Shown piece after piece: positions 47,757 to 57,481 of a stretch of DNA of 64,000 bases (positions within the stretch are counted from its first letter, which is position 1; every line of letters begins with the position of its first letter). The notes beneath the pieces are model-generated. The model saw nothing but the letters and a program-made list of their open reading frames with translations, did not search any database and had not been told where the DNA came from. Position numbers and translations under genes: made by a program. The stretch is from a virus. Taxonomy: Duplodnaviria; Caudoviricetes. The DNA is taken from positions 1 through 64,000 of the IMG/VR virus record IMGVR_UViG_3300026260_000475. The stretch is one strand, 5' to 3'.

Positions 47757-48943
47757 AATATAAAATTAATTGGGACGAAAAGTTACCAGAGATAATATCA
47801 ACTTGGACGAGCGATAGTGGAGAAACACGCCCTACAGATGGTTCTAAATCACCATATAATTCAACACATCCATATTTTAGTCACGATTTTACTGAAACTA
47901 ATATATTAAATGATAGTGAATTGATTTTTAAATGGCCTCACACAACTGTTTTCCGTGATAAACATGGTATACTTCATCCTAATACTGATGTTTTAGTTGA
48001 ACGAGGAAAAAAAGTATGTAGTGCATTTTTTGGTGAAAGTTTTACTTTCGGTGATAGTATGGCAACGGAAATAAAATCAGTGCCTTTGACTAGAGCACAA
48101 CAATTAGATCTTAATTCTAAGGATGTACCAAATGACCCAGAGATGAACGAAATGTTGACTTGGGAAGCTGGTGGTAAAAAGATAAAAGTAAATCATATTA
48201 GATATAGATATGATAATTTTTCATATAGAATGAATAACAATCTTGGAGGTCATTTTTCAAGGATGATGGATACCGATTATTTGTTAAAGGCAGTACCAGG
48301 ACAATCTAATGTTGGTATTTTAATGGGATTAGAAAGTTCTGTGGAGTATTTATCAGAAGCATATGATAAAGTTTATGTAGTTGTACAGTTAACCGAAACA
48401 GGTAGGGATTGGGAAGTTGAATGTGGTTATAACTCGGAGTTACTAATGTTACGAGGAAATTCATTTTATGATTATTTTGTAAATTATGAAAATTGGTTTA
48501 GTGATAAGTTAAATAAATTACAAGAACAATATCCAAATTGTGAATTTATAGTTTGGAGAAATTTTACTCGGTGGTTGGGTGGAGATTTTGGTAACATCAA
48601 AACGATTGATAAAGTTATGATTGAATATTTTTATGAATTGACTTTAAAATATGGTAGTGATAAGATAGTTAATTCACTTAAAAAGAAATATGGAGATACT
48701 TTACCTGTTAGTGTTGGTGGTAATCCACATTGGGAAGATATATCTAAAAAGGGATTAGGTGGATTTTTTCATAGGGATACTGAAAGTATACAATGTATTT
48801 TAGATGAATGTGATAAATGGGAGAGGGCAATGGATTGGATGAGAGATAATAATAATGTTTTTGAAGGTAGAGGATCATATCATCCTAGTTCAGTAGGTAA
48901 TAGAGTATTTACAGAACATATAATAGAGGAATTAGATTTATGA
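47753..48943 (+). CDS. SGNH/GDSL-like protein with N-terminal extension
   Basis: FGESFTFGD, AVPGQSN, QLTETGR, YHPS..G. Confidence 0.6.
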   Translation: MKYKINWDEKLPEIISTWTSDSGETRPTDGSKSPYNSTHPYFSHDFTETNILNDSELIFKWPHTTVFRDKHGILHPNTDVLVERGKKVCSAFFGESFTFGDSMATEIKSVPLTRAQQLDLNSKDVPNDPEMNEMLTWEAGGKKIKVNHIRYRYDNFSYRMNNNLGGHFSRMMDTDYLLKAVPGQSNVGILMGLESSVEYLSEAYDKVYVVVQLTETGRDWEVECGYNSELLMLRGNSFYDYFVNYENWFSDKLNKLQEQYPNCEFIVWRNFTRWLGGDFGNIKTIDKVMIEYFYELTLKYGSDKIVNSLKKKYGDTLPVSVGGNPHWEDISKKGLGGFFHRDTESIQCILDECDKWERAMDWMRDNNNVFEGRGSYHPSSVGNRVFTEHIIEELDL

Positions 48944-49905
48944 GAATATTAATTACAGGTGGTTCAGGATATCTTGGTTCAGTTATTGTTCCTACTTTAT
49001 TAGAAAAGGGACATTATGTAACTGTGTATGATAACTTAATGTATAATCAGTTAACATTAACTGACTTATGTTATAAAAAGAATTTTAATTTTGTATATGG
49101 TGATGTTAGAGAGTATACAAAACTGAATAAATATGTTAATAAATCAGATGTTATAATACCATTGGCTGGAATAGTTGGATTTCCCGCATGTGAAAAAGAT
49201 AAACCATTAGCCACAGCAGTAAATTATTATCAGATAAAAGATATTGTGGATAATATGTCAGATGACCAGAGGTTATTATTTCCAAATACTAATAGTGGTT
49301 ATGGTAGTAGAGTAGATGGTATGGTTACTGAAAATAATAAACTTACACCGATATCACATTATGGACATACTAAATGTGATGCAGAAAATTATATTAGATC
49401 ACATAGTAATGGAATTATATTTAGATTAGCTACGGTGTTTGGAGTATCACAAAAAATGAGATTGGATTTATTAGTAAATGAGTTCGTATACAAGGCATTG
49501 ACAGACAAATATATTACAATATTTGAAAAGGAGTTTGTTCGTAATTATATTCATATTAGAGATGTAGCGAGTGTGTTTGATTTTATGATAGATAATTATG
49601 ATGATTATAATGGAGAAATTTTTAATGTAGGATTATCAGATACAAATATTAATAAACAACAATTAGCAGAAAAAATTAAAGAATATATTCCCGATTTGAC
49701 AATAACATATTCGGATTATTATAAAGATCCAGATAAAAGGGATTATATTGTATCAAATAAAAAAGTAGAATCAGTAGGATGGAAACCAAAATATTCTTTG
49801 GATGATGGTATAAAAGAATTGATGATGGCGTATCAGATTATTATAAATAATGATGTAAGTCATTTTAGAAATGCATTTCCACTAACATATGGAGCGTCGT
49901 TATGA
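48940..49905 (+). CDS. NAD-dependent nucleotide-sugar epimerase/dehydratase (extended SDR)
   Basis: ITGGSGYLG, GDVR, LAGIVG.PAC, YGHTK, RLATVFG.S..MRLDL, RNYIHIRD. Confidence 0.88.
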   Translation: MRILITGGSGYLGSVIVPTLLEKGHYVTVYDNLMYNQLTLTDLCYKKNFNFVYGDVREYTKLNKYVNKSDVIIPLAGIVGFPACEKDKPLATAVNYYQIKDIVDNMSDDQRLLFPNTNSGYGSRVDGMVTENNKLTPISHYGHTKCDAENYIRSHSNGIIFRLATVFGVSQKMRLDLLVNEFVYKALTDKYITIFEKEFVRNYIHIRDVASVFDFMIDNYDDYNGEIFNVGLSDTNINKQQLAEKIKEYIPDLTITYSDYYKDPDKRDYIVSNKKVESVGWKPKYSLDDGIKELMMAYQIIINNDVSHFRNAFPLTYGASL

Positions 49906-50849
49906 AGATATTAGTAACAGGAACAACTGGATTAATTGGATATAATTTATCTAAGAGATTATTGAAAGAAGGACACGAAGTATTCGGAGTAATTCATAAA
50001 AATATAAAACCTATTGCGGGAGTTTTATATCAGTACGGAGATTTACAAGATAGAAAATTTTGCGATAGTGTGACAGAGGGAAAGGATATTGTGATTAATT
50101 GTTCCGCAAATACATCTAATGCGGTAGATACAGTTAAATCACCTTTAGTTCATGTTACACCAAATGTTATAGTTAATACACAGTTGATAGAGTCTGCATA
50201 TTTTAATAAAGTTAAAAAATATGTTTTTATCAGTAGTTCAACGGTCTACCCACCATCATATGATAAAAAGGTTGATGAAACTTGGAATATATTTGAAGAA
50301 CCTTATCCAGTTTATCATGGAGTTGGTTGGATGAAGAGATATGGTGAAGTATTATGTGATTTATATGCAAATCAGTTATCACCAAATATGGATTGTTTAG
50401 TAGTTCGTCCTGCTAATTGTTATGGACCTCACGACAAATATGAATTTGATAAATGTCATGTAACACCCGCTACAATTAAAAAGGTTGTAGACAAACATAA
50501 TCCAATACAAGTCTGGGGTGATGGAGAGGATGTTAGAGATATTATTTATATTGATGATTTTGTAGATGGTTTAGTAAATGTAATGGATAAGTGTGAAGAA
50601 AAATATGAAGTAGTCAATATAGGGAGTAATGAAAGTTATTCAATAAATCAAATATTAAAAAAATGTATGGAAATAGAAAATTATAATGTACCTATTGAAC
50701 ATATTAGCGGAAAACCATCTATGATACCAATTAGAAAAATAAGTTCGGATAAGATGAAAGAAAAGTATGATTGGAAATGTAAATATACACTCGAACAAGG
50801 TTTGAGAAATACAATAACTTGGTATAAGGAGAAATATCATGAAAAATAA
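49902..50849 (+). CDS. NAD-dependent epimerase/reductase (GDP-fucose synthase-like)
   Basis: VTGTTGLIG, SSSTVY, WMKR, RPANCYGP.D, VWGDG.DVRD.IYIDD. Confidence 0.85.
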   Translation: MKILVTGTTGLIGYNLSKRLLKEGHEVFGVIHKNIKPIAGVLYQYGDLQDRKFCDSVTEGKDIVINCSANTSNAVDTVKSPLVHVTPNVIVNTQLIESAYFNKVKKYVFISSSTVYPPSYDKKVDETWNIFEEPYPVYHGVGWMKRYGEVLCDLYANQLSPNMDCLVVRPANCYGPHDKYEFDKCHVTPATIKKVVDKHNPIQVWGDGEDVRDIIYIDDFVDGLVNVMDKCEEKYEVVNIGSNESYSINQILKKCMEIENYNVPIEHISGKPSMIPIRKISSDKMKEKYDWKCKYTLEQGLRNTITWYKEKYHEK

Positions 50850-51618
50850 AAAAGAAATTATAAATACTTGGGAAGAAAATGGATTTATAAACTTCCCACT
50901 ATTCACTTCAGAAGATGTAAAAGAAATGAAAACTGAGTTAATGAGATTACTTGAGGAGAGAGGAGATGTTAGTAAATTTTATGAACATCCACATTTAAAA
51001 TCAGAGTTATTTTTAAAAATAACGAAGGACAAACGACTTGTTAGTATGGTGGAGACATTAATAGGAAATGATTTAGATATTCCAGATTGTAAGATAGAGG
51101 CAACCCAAACTTGGGCATATTTAAAACCACCAGGATCGTTGGGTAGAGATGTACATCATAATATATTTTATTCTCACGCAAATTATGGAGAAGTAGTAAA
51201 TGTAACTATTGCAATAGATGACTCTGATGAAGAAAATGGATGTTTATATTTTTATCCAGGTTCTCATAGTGATAGAATGGTATATCCTATTCCTGATTCA
51301 TCACATACTGAATTTGCTTCAAAAGATGAAGAACGAATAAAAACAAATCCAGAAGGACAACCAAATGAAAGAGGTAAACCTTGTTATGTTCCTGGTAATT
51401 GGGTTGATGGAGAGTGGGTAGATAAATATCCAAAAGTATATGTTCCGATGAAAGCAGGTTCAGTAGCACCATTAAATTCTCATGTGTTACATGGTTCGGA
51501 TGAGAATAAAACCAAAGATAGATGGAGAAGGTCTTTTTTAATACAATATCAAAAACTTGGTAAAATACAAAGTGTTGGTGAACATATGAAAAGAGAAGTT
51601 ATAGATGTATATAATTAA
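50839..51618 (+). CDS. PhyH-family 2OG-Fe(II) dioxygenase with H-x-N motif
   Basis: KPPG....HHN, IAIDD...ENGCL...PGSH, MKAG, LHGS..N....RR. Confidence 0.8.
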   Translation: MKNKKEIINTWEENGFINFPLFTSEDVKEMKTELMRLLEERGDVSKFYEHPHLKSELFLKITKDKRLVSMVETLIGNDLDIPDCKIEATQTWAYLKPPGSLGRDVHHNIFYSHANYGEVVNVTIAIDDSDEENGCLYFYPGSHSDRMVYPIPDSSHTEFASKDEERIKTNPEGQPNERGKPCYVPGNWVDGEWVDKYPKVYVPMKAGSVAPLNSHVLHGSDENKTKDRWRRSFLIQYQKLGKIQSVGEHMKREVIDVYN

Positions 51619-51635
51619 ATTGGACATATTTCTAA

Positions 51636-52712
51636 ATGATTGAACATCCACAACGACTTTCATATAATACAGTTAAATGGACTACTATTAAGTTAAAAGT
51701 AGTTTTTGATAGAGTTTGTAAAAATTCTATATTTGATTTAAGTTCAGGTGACGCAGTATTTTATGATGTAGATTATTATAGAATGTTAAAAGGTAATGGT
51801 TATGTGAAAGATACTGATTTATGGATTTTTTGGATGAAACACGAAGCTTATTTACCATTCGAAACTGATATTAAAAATTTACACAAGGTTTGTGAAGAAC
51901 TTAACTTAGATGAGAGTAAAGTTGTCTTTATTAATGGTGATATGAATCTTAGTAAAAATTATAATAAGTGGTTTAAAAAAAGTGGTTTTAATAAACCAAT
52001 TAATTGTATTGGATTCCCTTGGTATTTTTTACATGATAGGGAAGATTTAAAAACAAATCCATATAAATTTATAAAGTATCAAGACAGAGAAGTACAACCA
52101 AGTAAAAAATTTATTTGTTTGAATGGGACGTATAATAAATCAAGAGATTACATTATAAATAAATTAGACAAATTTAAAAATGATGGATATTTGAGTAATT
52201 TGAGTAAAGGTATAAAGTTAGATAAAATTTCAATAGACAAATTGGTAGGTCAAGATAGAAATGATGAACCATCTGTTTTTCTTTTAAATGATTTTCATCA
52301 AGATTCCTTTTTTAGTATAATTAATGAAGCTGGTGGTGGTTGGGAAGCATTCGACCAAGATGATATTCACTCTTTTTTGACCGAAAAAATTACTAAACCA
52401 TTATATTATGGTCATCCGTTTATCTTGATTGGTTGGAAAAACTCTTTGAAGTTTTTAAAAGAAATGGGATTTGAGACTTATGATGATATATTTGATTTAA
52501 CATATGATGGTATGGAAACTTGGAAAGAACGAACAGTTTCAGCTTGGAAACAAATAGAAAAGATATTATCTTTACCAGATGATGATTTCTATCACATATT
52601 TGAGGAAATACAAGATAAAGTAATTTATAATCAACAAAGATTTTTTAATAATGATGGTTATATAGATGATTTTATCAGTAAGTTAATGGGGATATCTAAT
52701 GCAGCCAAATGA
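51636..52712 (+). CDS. 'ET..EK..KP..HPF' family protein
   Basis: FICLNG....R, SIINE...LTEKITKP..GHPF...GFETY..IFD..YD. Confidence 0.55.
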   Translation: MIEHPQRLSYNTVKWTTIKLKVVFDRVCKNSIFDLSSGDAVFYDVDYYRMLKGNGYVKDTDLWIFWMKHEAYLPFETDIKNLHKVCEELNLDESKVVFINGDMNLSKNYNKWFKKSGFNKPINCIGFPWYFLHDREDLKTNPYKFIKYQDREVQPSKKFICLNGTYNKSRDYIINKLDKFKNDGYLSNLSKGIKLDKISIDKLVGQDRNDEPSVFLLNDFHQDSFFSIINEAGGGWEAFDQDDIHSFLTEKITKPLYYGHPFILIGWKNSLKFLKEMGFETYDDIFDLTYDGMETWKERTVSAWKQIEKILSLPDDDFYHIFEEIQDKVIYNQQRFFNNDGYIDDFISKLMGISNAAK

Positions 52713-53817
52713 TTTTAGTTCAGTTTGTGAAAAGTTTGGTACTATTATAGGTAACGATATAAGAGATACCCATAACCTTAAAAATGAGTCTAACATAATA
52801 ATGGATTTATCAGATGTTTTGGTGAATAGAGCTAATACAGAACCTAATTTTTATTTATTTATAAATTGGATAACAGATTCAGATGTAAAAAGATTTATTT
52901 CAGAGTTAGAAAGTGTTATAGAATTACGAGGAATAAAAAAAGATAAAGTTATGGTTTTAATTAATAGAAATCTTGCATTACCACAAAGTGAAATAAAGTT
53001 TGTAAATAGTGATTTTTTAATGTATAAGGTTGGGTTACATTCTAATAGGTATTCTGATACATTTTATAAAGATTTAAGTTTTTTAACAGACAAAAGAGAA
53101 CGGAAAATTTTATCATTGAATAGAAGATTGAATAATTGTTGGCATAGGGTATTATTATTAGCATTATCAAGTAAACATAACTTATTTGAAAACAATTATA
53201 TCACTTACAATTTAGACCCAGAGTTTGATTCAGAAGTACCACCTTTAGAAGAATTGATTAACTTAACTGCACAACCAAAAGGAAGTTATAATTTAATATC
53301 ACAAAAAGAATTATATACAGAGATGGATACATTAGTAAAAAATAAAAAAAATGTATATGAATCTTTTTCCCACGAAAGTCCTGGATATATTTTTACTATT
53401 AAGGATGAGACGGTTGATATTTATAAGAGTAGTTATATCAGTTTAGTTACTGAGACGTTTTTTTATGAAGATGATTATATTATAACAGAAAAAGTTTATA
53501 AACCTATAATACATTATCATCCATTTATAGTTTTAGGTAGTCCATATACATTAAAACATATGAGAAGTATAGGATTTAAAACATTTGGAGATTTTTGGGA
53601 TGAGAGTTATGATGAAGAAGAAGATAATGATAAGAGATTTGAAAAAGTTTTTAATTTATTGATGGGTTTTAATAAGATGTCTATTGAGGAATTACATAAT
53701 TTATATCTTGAGATGATTCCTACATTAAAATATAACTATGATTTGATGATGGGATATGGAAATAAGAAACAATTGACAAAAAATTTAGAAAATAGTATAT
53801 TAGAGGTAATAAAATGA
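52699..53817 (+). CDS. 'ET..EK..KP..HPF' family protein
   Basis: SLNRR....HR, SLVTET...ITEKVYKP...HPFIVLG...GFKTF..FWDESYD. Confidence 0.55.
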   Translation: MQPNDFSSVCEKFGTIIGNDIRDTHNLKNESNIIMDLSDVLVNRANTEPNFYLFINWITDSDVKRFISELESVIELRGIKKDKVMVLINRNLALPQSEIKFVNSDFLMYKVGLHSNRYSDTFYKDLSFLTDKRERKILSLNRRLNNCWHRVLLLALSSKHNLFENNYITYNLDPEFDSEVPPLEELINLTAQPKGSYNLISQKELYTEMDTLVKNKKNVYESFSHESPGYIFTIKDETVDIYKSSYISLVTETFFYEDDYIITEKVYKPIIHYHPFIVLGSPYTLKHMRSIGFKTFGDFWDESYDEEEDNDKRFEKVFNLLMGFNKMSIEELHNLYLEMIPTLKYNYDLMMGYGNKKQLTKNLENSILEVIK

Positions 53818-54506
53818 TATATAAGAAAAGAGAATGGGATGAATCTCCTGTTCCGTTTATATATGTAGATAATTTCTTAGATGAAAAAACTTGTTTAGAA
53901 TTACATGATGAATGTTTGAATGCACCAAGAGGTGGATGGACATTATTCAGTAGAGCTGGTTCTGCTATGGAAGAATATAATGATTTGTTTTATACAAAAA
54001 CTGCACATAAAATAACTTATGATTTATTACATAGTGGAGAGTTCATTTATGAGTTAGAACAACTTACAGGTATTGTAGGTTTGATGCCAGATCCACATTT
54101 AGTGGGAGCAGGATTTAGTAGATTTAGAAAAGATAAAGATTTAAAAATACATCATGATTTTAATTGGAATGATAGATTAAGATTACATAGAAAACTAACT
54201 TGTATGTTATTTTTAAATCCAGATTGGAAAGAAACTTGGGGCGGTCATCAACAATATTGGGAATCAAGAGATGGGGAGATGCTTGATGAAGTAGCACCAA
54301 TGTTTAATAGATTCATAATGTTTGAAAATAAAAAAGAATCTCCGTATCATTCAGTAAAAAAATTAACTTGTCCTAAGAATCAAGTAAGAACTGCATTGAG
54401 AGTTTTTTATTATATTAGTTCAAGTGAGTATGATGAGAACGACCCACCACATAGAAGTATTTATGATACAGATGAGTATACACATACGAGGTTATATGAT
54501 GAATAA
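53814..54506 (+). CDS. 2OG-Fe(II) oxygenase (prolyl-hydroxylase-like 2OG-FeII_Oxy_3 type)
   Basis: DNFL, PDP.L.GAG, IHHDFN, LNPDW...WGG, P.FNR, YHSV, R..L..FYY. Confidence 0.88.
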   Translation: MIYKKREWDESPVPFIYVDNFLDEKTCLELHDECLNAPRGGWTLFSRAGSAMEEYNDLFYTKTAHKITYDLLHSGEFIYELEQLTGIVGLMPDPHLVGAGFSRFRKDKDLKIHHDFNWNDRLRLHRKLTCMLFLNPDWKETWGGHQQYWESRDGEMLDEVAPMFNRFIMFENKKESPYHSVKKLTCPKNQVRTALRVFYYISSSEYDENDPPHRSIYDTDEYTHTRLYDE

Positions 54507-55020
54507 TTGGAAAATAGGAAAAATAGAACCATTTTGGGACGATGAATATAAACATTTAAATTATAGAAAAGAACCATTTAATAATCCAAAAGATTTGGAA
54601 TGGTGGAGAGGTCAAGGATATACACATCCAAACGAATTATTTACTGGTATGATGTGTAAACATGGAGAGAATCAACCAAGTTGGACATCTAAAATAGTAG
54701 AGTGGTTAGAAAAAGATTTTAATTGGAGTGATGTAGGAGTAAATTATTATCGAATGGAAACAGGTGTTATATTACCACCACATGAAGATATGTATGTACA
54801 ATATTCAGAAATGTTTAATTGTACTTTAGATGAGATAGAAAGAGTTTTATTGTTTATGGAAGATTGGAGAAGTGGTCATTACTTTGAAGTAGACCGTAAT
54901 CCAATTGTGGATTACAAAGCAGGAACTTATGCGTGGTGGAAAGGAAAGGTAGAACATATGGCAGCTAACATAGGAGCTGGTTATAGATATACATTACAAT
55001 TAACGGGACATGTAAAATGA
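54496..55020 (+). CDS. Cupin/2OG-Fe(II) oxygenase-like protein
   Basis: LPPHED, DW.SGH.F, EHMAAN.G...RYTLQ.TG. ATG 54496 (or 54499) follows GAGG. Confidence 0.7.
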   Translation: MMNNWKIGKIEPFWDDEYKHLNYRKEPFNNPKDLEWWRGQGYTHPNELFTGMMCKHGENQPSWTSKIVEWLEKDFNWSDVGVNYYRMETGVILPPHEDMYVQYSEMFNCTLDEIERVLLFMEDWRSGHYFEVDRNPIVDYKAGTYAWWKGKVEHMAANIGAGYRYTLQLTGHVK

Positions 55021-55916
55021 ATATAACAGAAAAGTATAGAGGGGGAAACGCAATACCAGATTTAGAGGTAATTGATTTTTGGAAAGAGTCGTTAAAGGAT
55101 TTAACTGATGTTATTCTTACAGACCACTATTCATTTCCTAATAATGGAAAATTATTTACTGATAAATTTGATGAATATATTAAGGCGTCTAAGTTAAATA
55201 ACCTAATTGGATTAGATGAGTATGAACATAGGTCTTATGTACATGGAACAAGTCAAACATTTGATAGTTTTTGGATGAGAAATCATGATAAAAGATTTAG
55301 ATGTTTCAAAGGAGAGTTCTTTTATCATAAAGCAAATTGGAAAAAGTTTCATAAGTGGTGTTATATAGAAGATGATAGAATTAATACAAATGATGCAGTA
55401 GTTATTAGTTTACCATTTTCAGATTATGGTAAAGAACATCCTAAGATGAGAGAACTATTAAAAGAATGTGAAATGTTTGGTGTTCCAGTATTGATTGATT
55501 GTGCTTATTATTTAATAGGTGAAGGTATAGAATTTGATTTCACAGAGTACGGATGTATTGAAGATATAACATTTAGTTTAAGTAAAGGTTTTCATCTTTC
55601 TAATAGATTACGTGGTGGTGTGAGATATACGAAAAAGTATTATGATGACAATATACATATTATGAATGAATGGAATCAGTATAGTCATTTATCAGCACAT
55701 CTTGGTACTAAATTGTTATCACATTTCCCATCAGATTATACTGTTAATAAATGGAAGGATAAACAACTTCAGTTTTGTAAAGAAAATAATTTGAAACCAA
55801 GTGATTGTGTTATATTTGCATTAGAGACAGATGGAGATAAATATAAAGAGTTAAATAGAGGTACAGAGGTTAATCGTTTGTGTATTTCATATGTGATAGG
55901 TGATAAGATAGAATGA
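55017..55916 (+). CDS. PLP-dependent fold-type I enzyme (aminotransferase-like)
   Basis: GT.Q.F, SLPF, LIDCAY (PLP Asp), FSLSKGF (PLP Lys), R.G. Confidence 0.7.
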   Translation: MNITEKYRGGNAIPDLEVIDFWKESLKDLTDVILTDHYSFPNNGKLFTDKFDEYIKASKLNNLIGLDEYEHRSYVHGTSQTFDSFWMRNHDKRFRCFKGEFFYHKANWKKFHKWCYIEDDRINTNDAVVISLPFSDYGKEHPKMRELLKECEMFGVPVLIDCAYYLIGEGIEFDFTEYGCIEDITFSLSKGFHLSNRLRGGVRYTKKYYDDNIHIMNEWNQYSHLSAHLGTKLLSHFPSDYTVNKWKDKQLQFCKENNLKPSDCVIFALETDGDKYKELNRGTEVNRLCISYVIGDKIE

Positions 55917-57406
55917 GACTGTTAGGTCTTAATGCGTTGAATCATGACGCGGCGGTCTGTGTAGTTGAAGATAATAAAATTGTTTTTGCTTCACATAGTG
56001 AACGATATTCAAAAATTAAAAATGATCCAAACTTGAATCATGATATAATGGATAAAGCTTTATCTTATGGTAAACCAGATAAGGTAGTTTGGTTTGAAAG
56101 ACCATATCTTAAAAAGACACGACAATTCTACGCAGGTCAGTATAGTGAGGTGTTTGATGTATTTAATATACCATCTCAATATTTAAAGAAATTTAACATT
56201 TATAGTAATATCAAGTATGTATCACATCATAAATCACATGCCTCAGCTGGTTACTTTACAAGTCCTTATGATGAGGCGTGTATTGTAGTGATTGATGCGA
56301 TTGGGGAATGGGAGTGTGCTTCTATTTGGTATGCTCACGGTAATCATCTTGAAAAAAGATATTCTATTAGTTATCCAAACTCATTAGGTTTGTGGTATTC
56401 AGCTATGACTCAACGATTAGGATTAAAACCACAAGAGGACGAATACATTCTTATGGGAATGGCTGGTTGGGGAACACAAGACCACAAACTAAAGAATGCA
56501 ATTCGTAAAGACTTTTTTAATCATTCTAATAAACCGATTGATTTAAAGAACAATTTACATAGAGGTTGTTTAGATTGGAATCCAGAATACTACCCTGATG
56601 ATGGTAGTGATGATTGGAAATTCAATATAGCAGCGAATGTTCAATGGATATGTGAGGAAGAAATTCAAAAAGTATTTACTATTGCACGAAGATTAGTTCC
56701 TGAAACGGATAATTGTGTTTATATGGGTGGAGTGGCATTAAATTGTGTAGCCAACTCAATTATAGCAAGAGACCATTATCCTAATTTATGGATATTACCA
56801 AATCCAGGAGATGCTGGTAGTTCTCTTGGGTGTATTTTAGATTATACTAAACAACATATTGAGTTTTCTAATGCTTTTTTGGGTCATGAGATACAAGGTG
56901 AGTACCCTGTTACTCAAGTGAGTAAAGAATTACTCAAGGGTAACATAGTTGGTGTAGCAAATGGTAAAGCTGAATATGGTCCACGAGCATTAGGTAATAG
57001 AAGTCTGCTTGCTGACCCAAGAGGTGAAGATATTAAAGATAAAGTAAATAAAATCAAACATAGACAAGAGTTTAGACCATTCGCACCAAGTGTATTGGAA
57101 GAACACGCACACGAAATCTTCGATATGCCTACACGAAAATCACAATTTATGCAGTTTGTAGCAGATTGTAAGTATCCTGACAAATATCCAGCAATCTGTC
57201 ATATTGACAGAACGTCACGGGTTCAGACTGTAAGTCACGAAGATAATCCAGGATATTATAGGTTAATTAAAGAATTTTATAAAAAAACAGGTTGTCCTAT
57301 GGTTTTAAACACAAGTTTGAACATAAAAGGCCAACCAATCGTTAATGATGAGAAAGATGCACTATCTTTTGAAAAAAAATATAAAGTAAAGGTAATATCA
57401 AATTAA
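55913..57406 (+). CDS. O-carbamoyltransferase (NodU/CmcH/TobZ family)
   Basis: HDAA, SERY, HH.SHA, DAIGE, GGVALNC, PGDAG, EYGPRALGNRS, FRPFAP, NTSLN..G.P. Confidence 0.93.
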   Translation: MRLLGLNALNHDAAVCVVEDNKIVFASHSERYSKIKNDPNLNHDIMDKALSYGKPDKVVWFERPYLKKTRQFYAGQYSEVFDVFNIPSQYLKKFNIYSNIKYVSHHKSHASAGYFTSPYDEACIVVIDAIGEWECASIWYAHGNHLEKRYSISYPNSLGLWYSAMTQRLGLKPQEDEYILMGMAGWGTQDHKLKNAIRKDFFNHSNKPIDLKNNLHRGCLDWNPEYYPDDGSDDWKFNIAANVQWICEEEIQKVFTIARRLVPETDNCVYMGGVALNCVANSIIARDHYPNLWILPNPGDAGSSLGCILDYTKQHIEFSNAFLGHEIQGEYPVTQVSKELLKGNIVGVANGKAEYGPRALGNRSLLADPRGEDIKDKVNKIKHRQEFRPFAPSVLEEHAHEIFDMPTRKSQFMQFVADCKYPDKYPAICHIDRTSRVQTVSHEDNPGYYRLIKEFYKKTGCPMVLNTSLNIKGQPIVNDEKDALSFEKKYKVKVISN

Positions 57407-57432
57407 AAATAAATTGAAAAAATACATAGAAC

Positions 57433-57441
57433 ACTATTTAT
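57433..57441 (+). promoter_or_regulatory. Candidate promoter element ACTATTTAT before the lysis/internal-protein block
   Basis: Lies in the 75-nt gap between the carbamoyltransferase and 57482; same 9-mer as 37809-37817. Confidence 0.35.
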
Positions 57442-57481
57442 TAGAGAATAGTGACCATCACTTAAAGTATAAGGATATATC

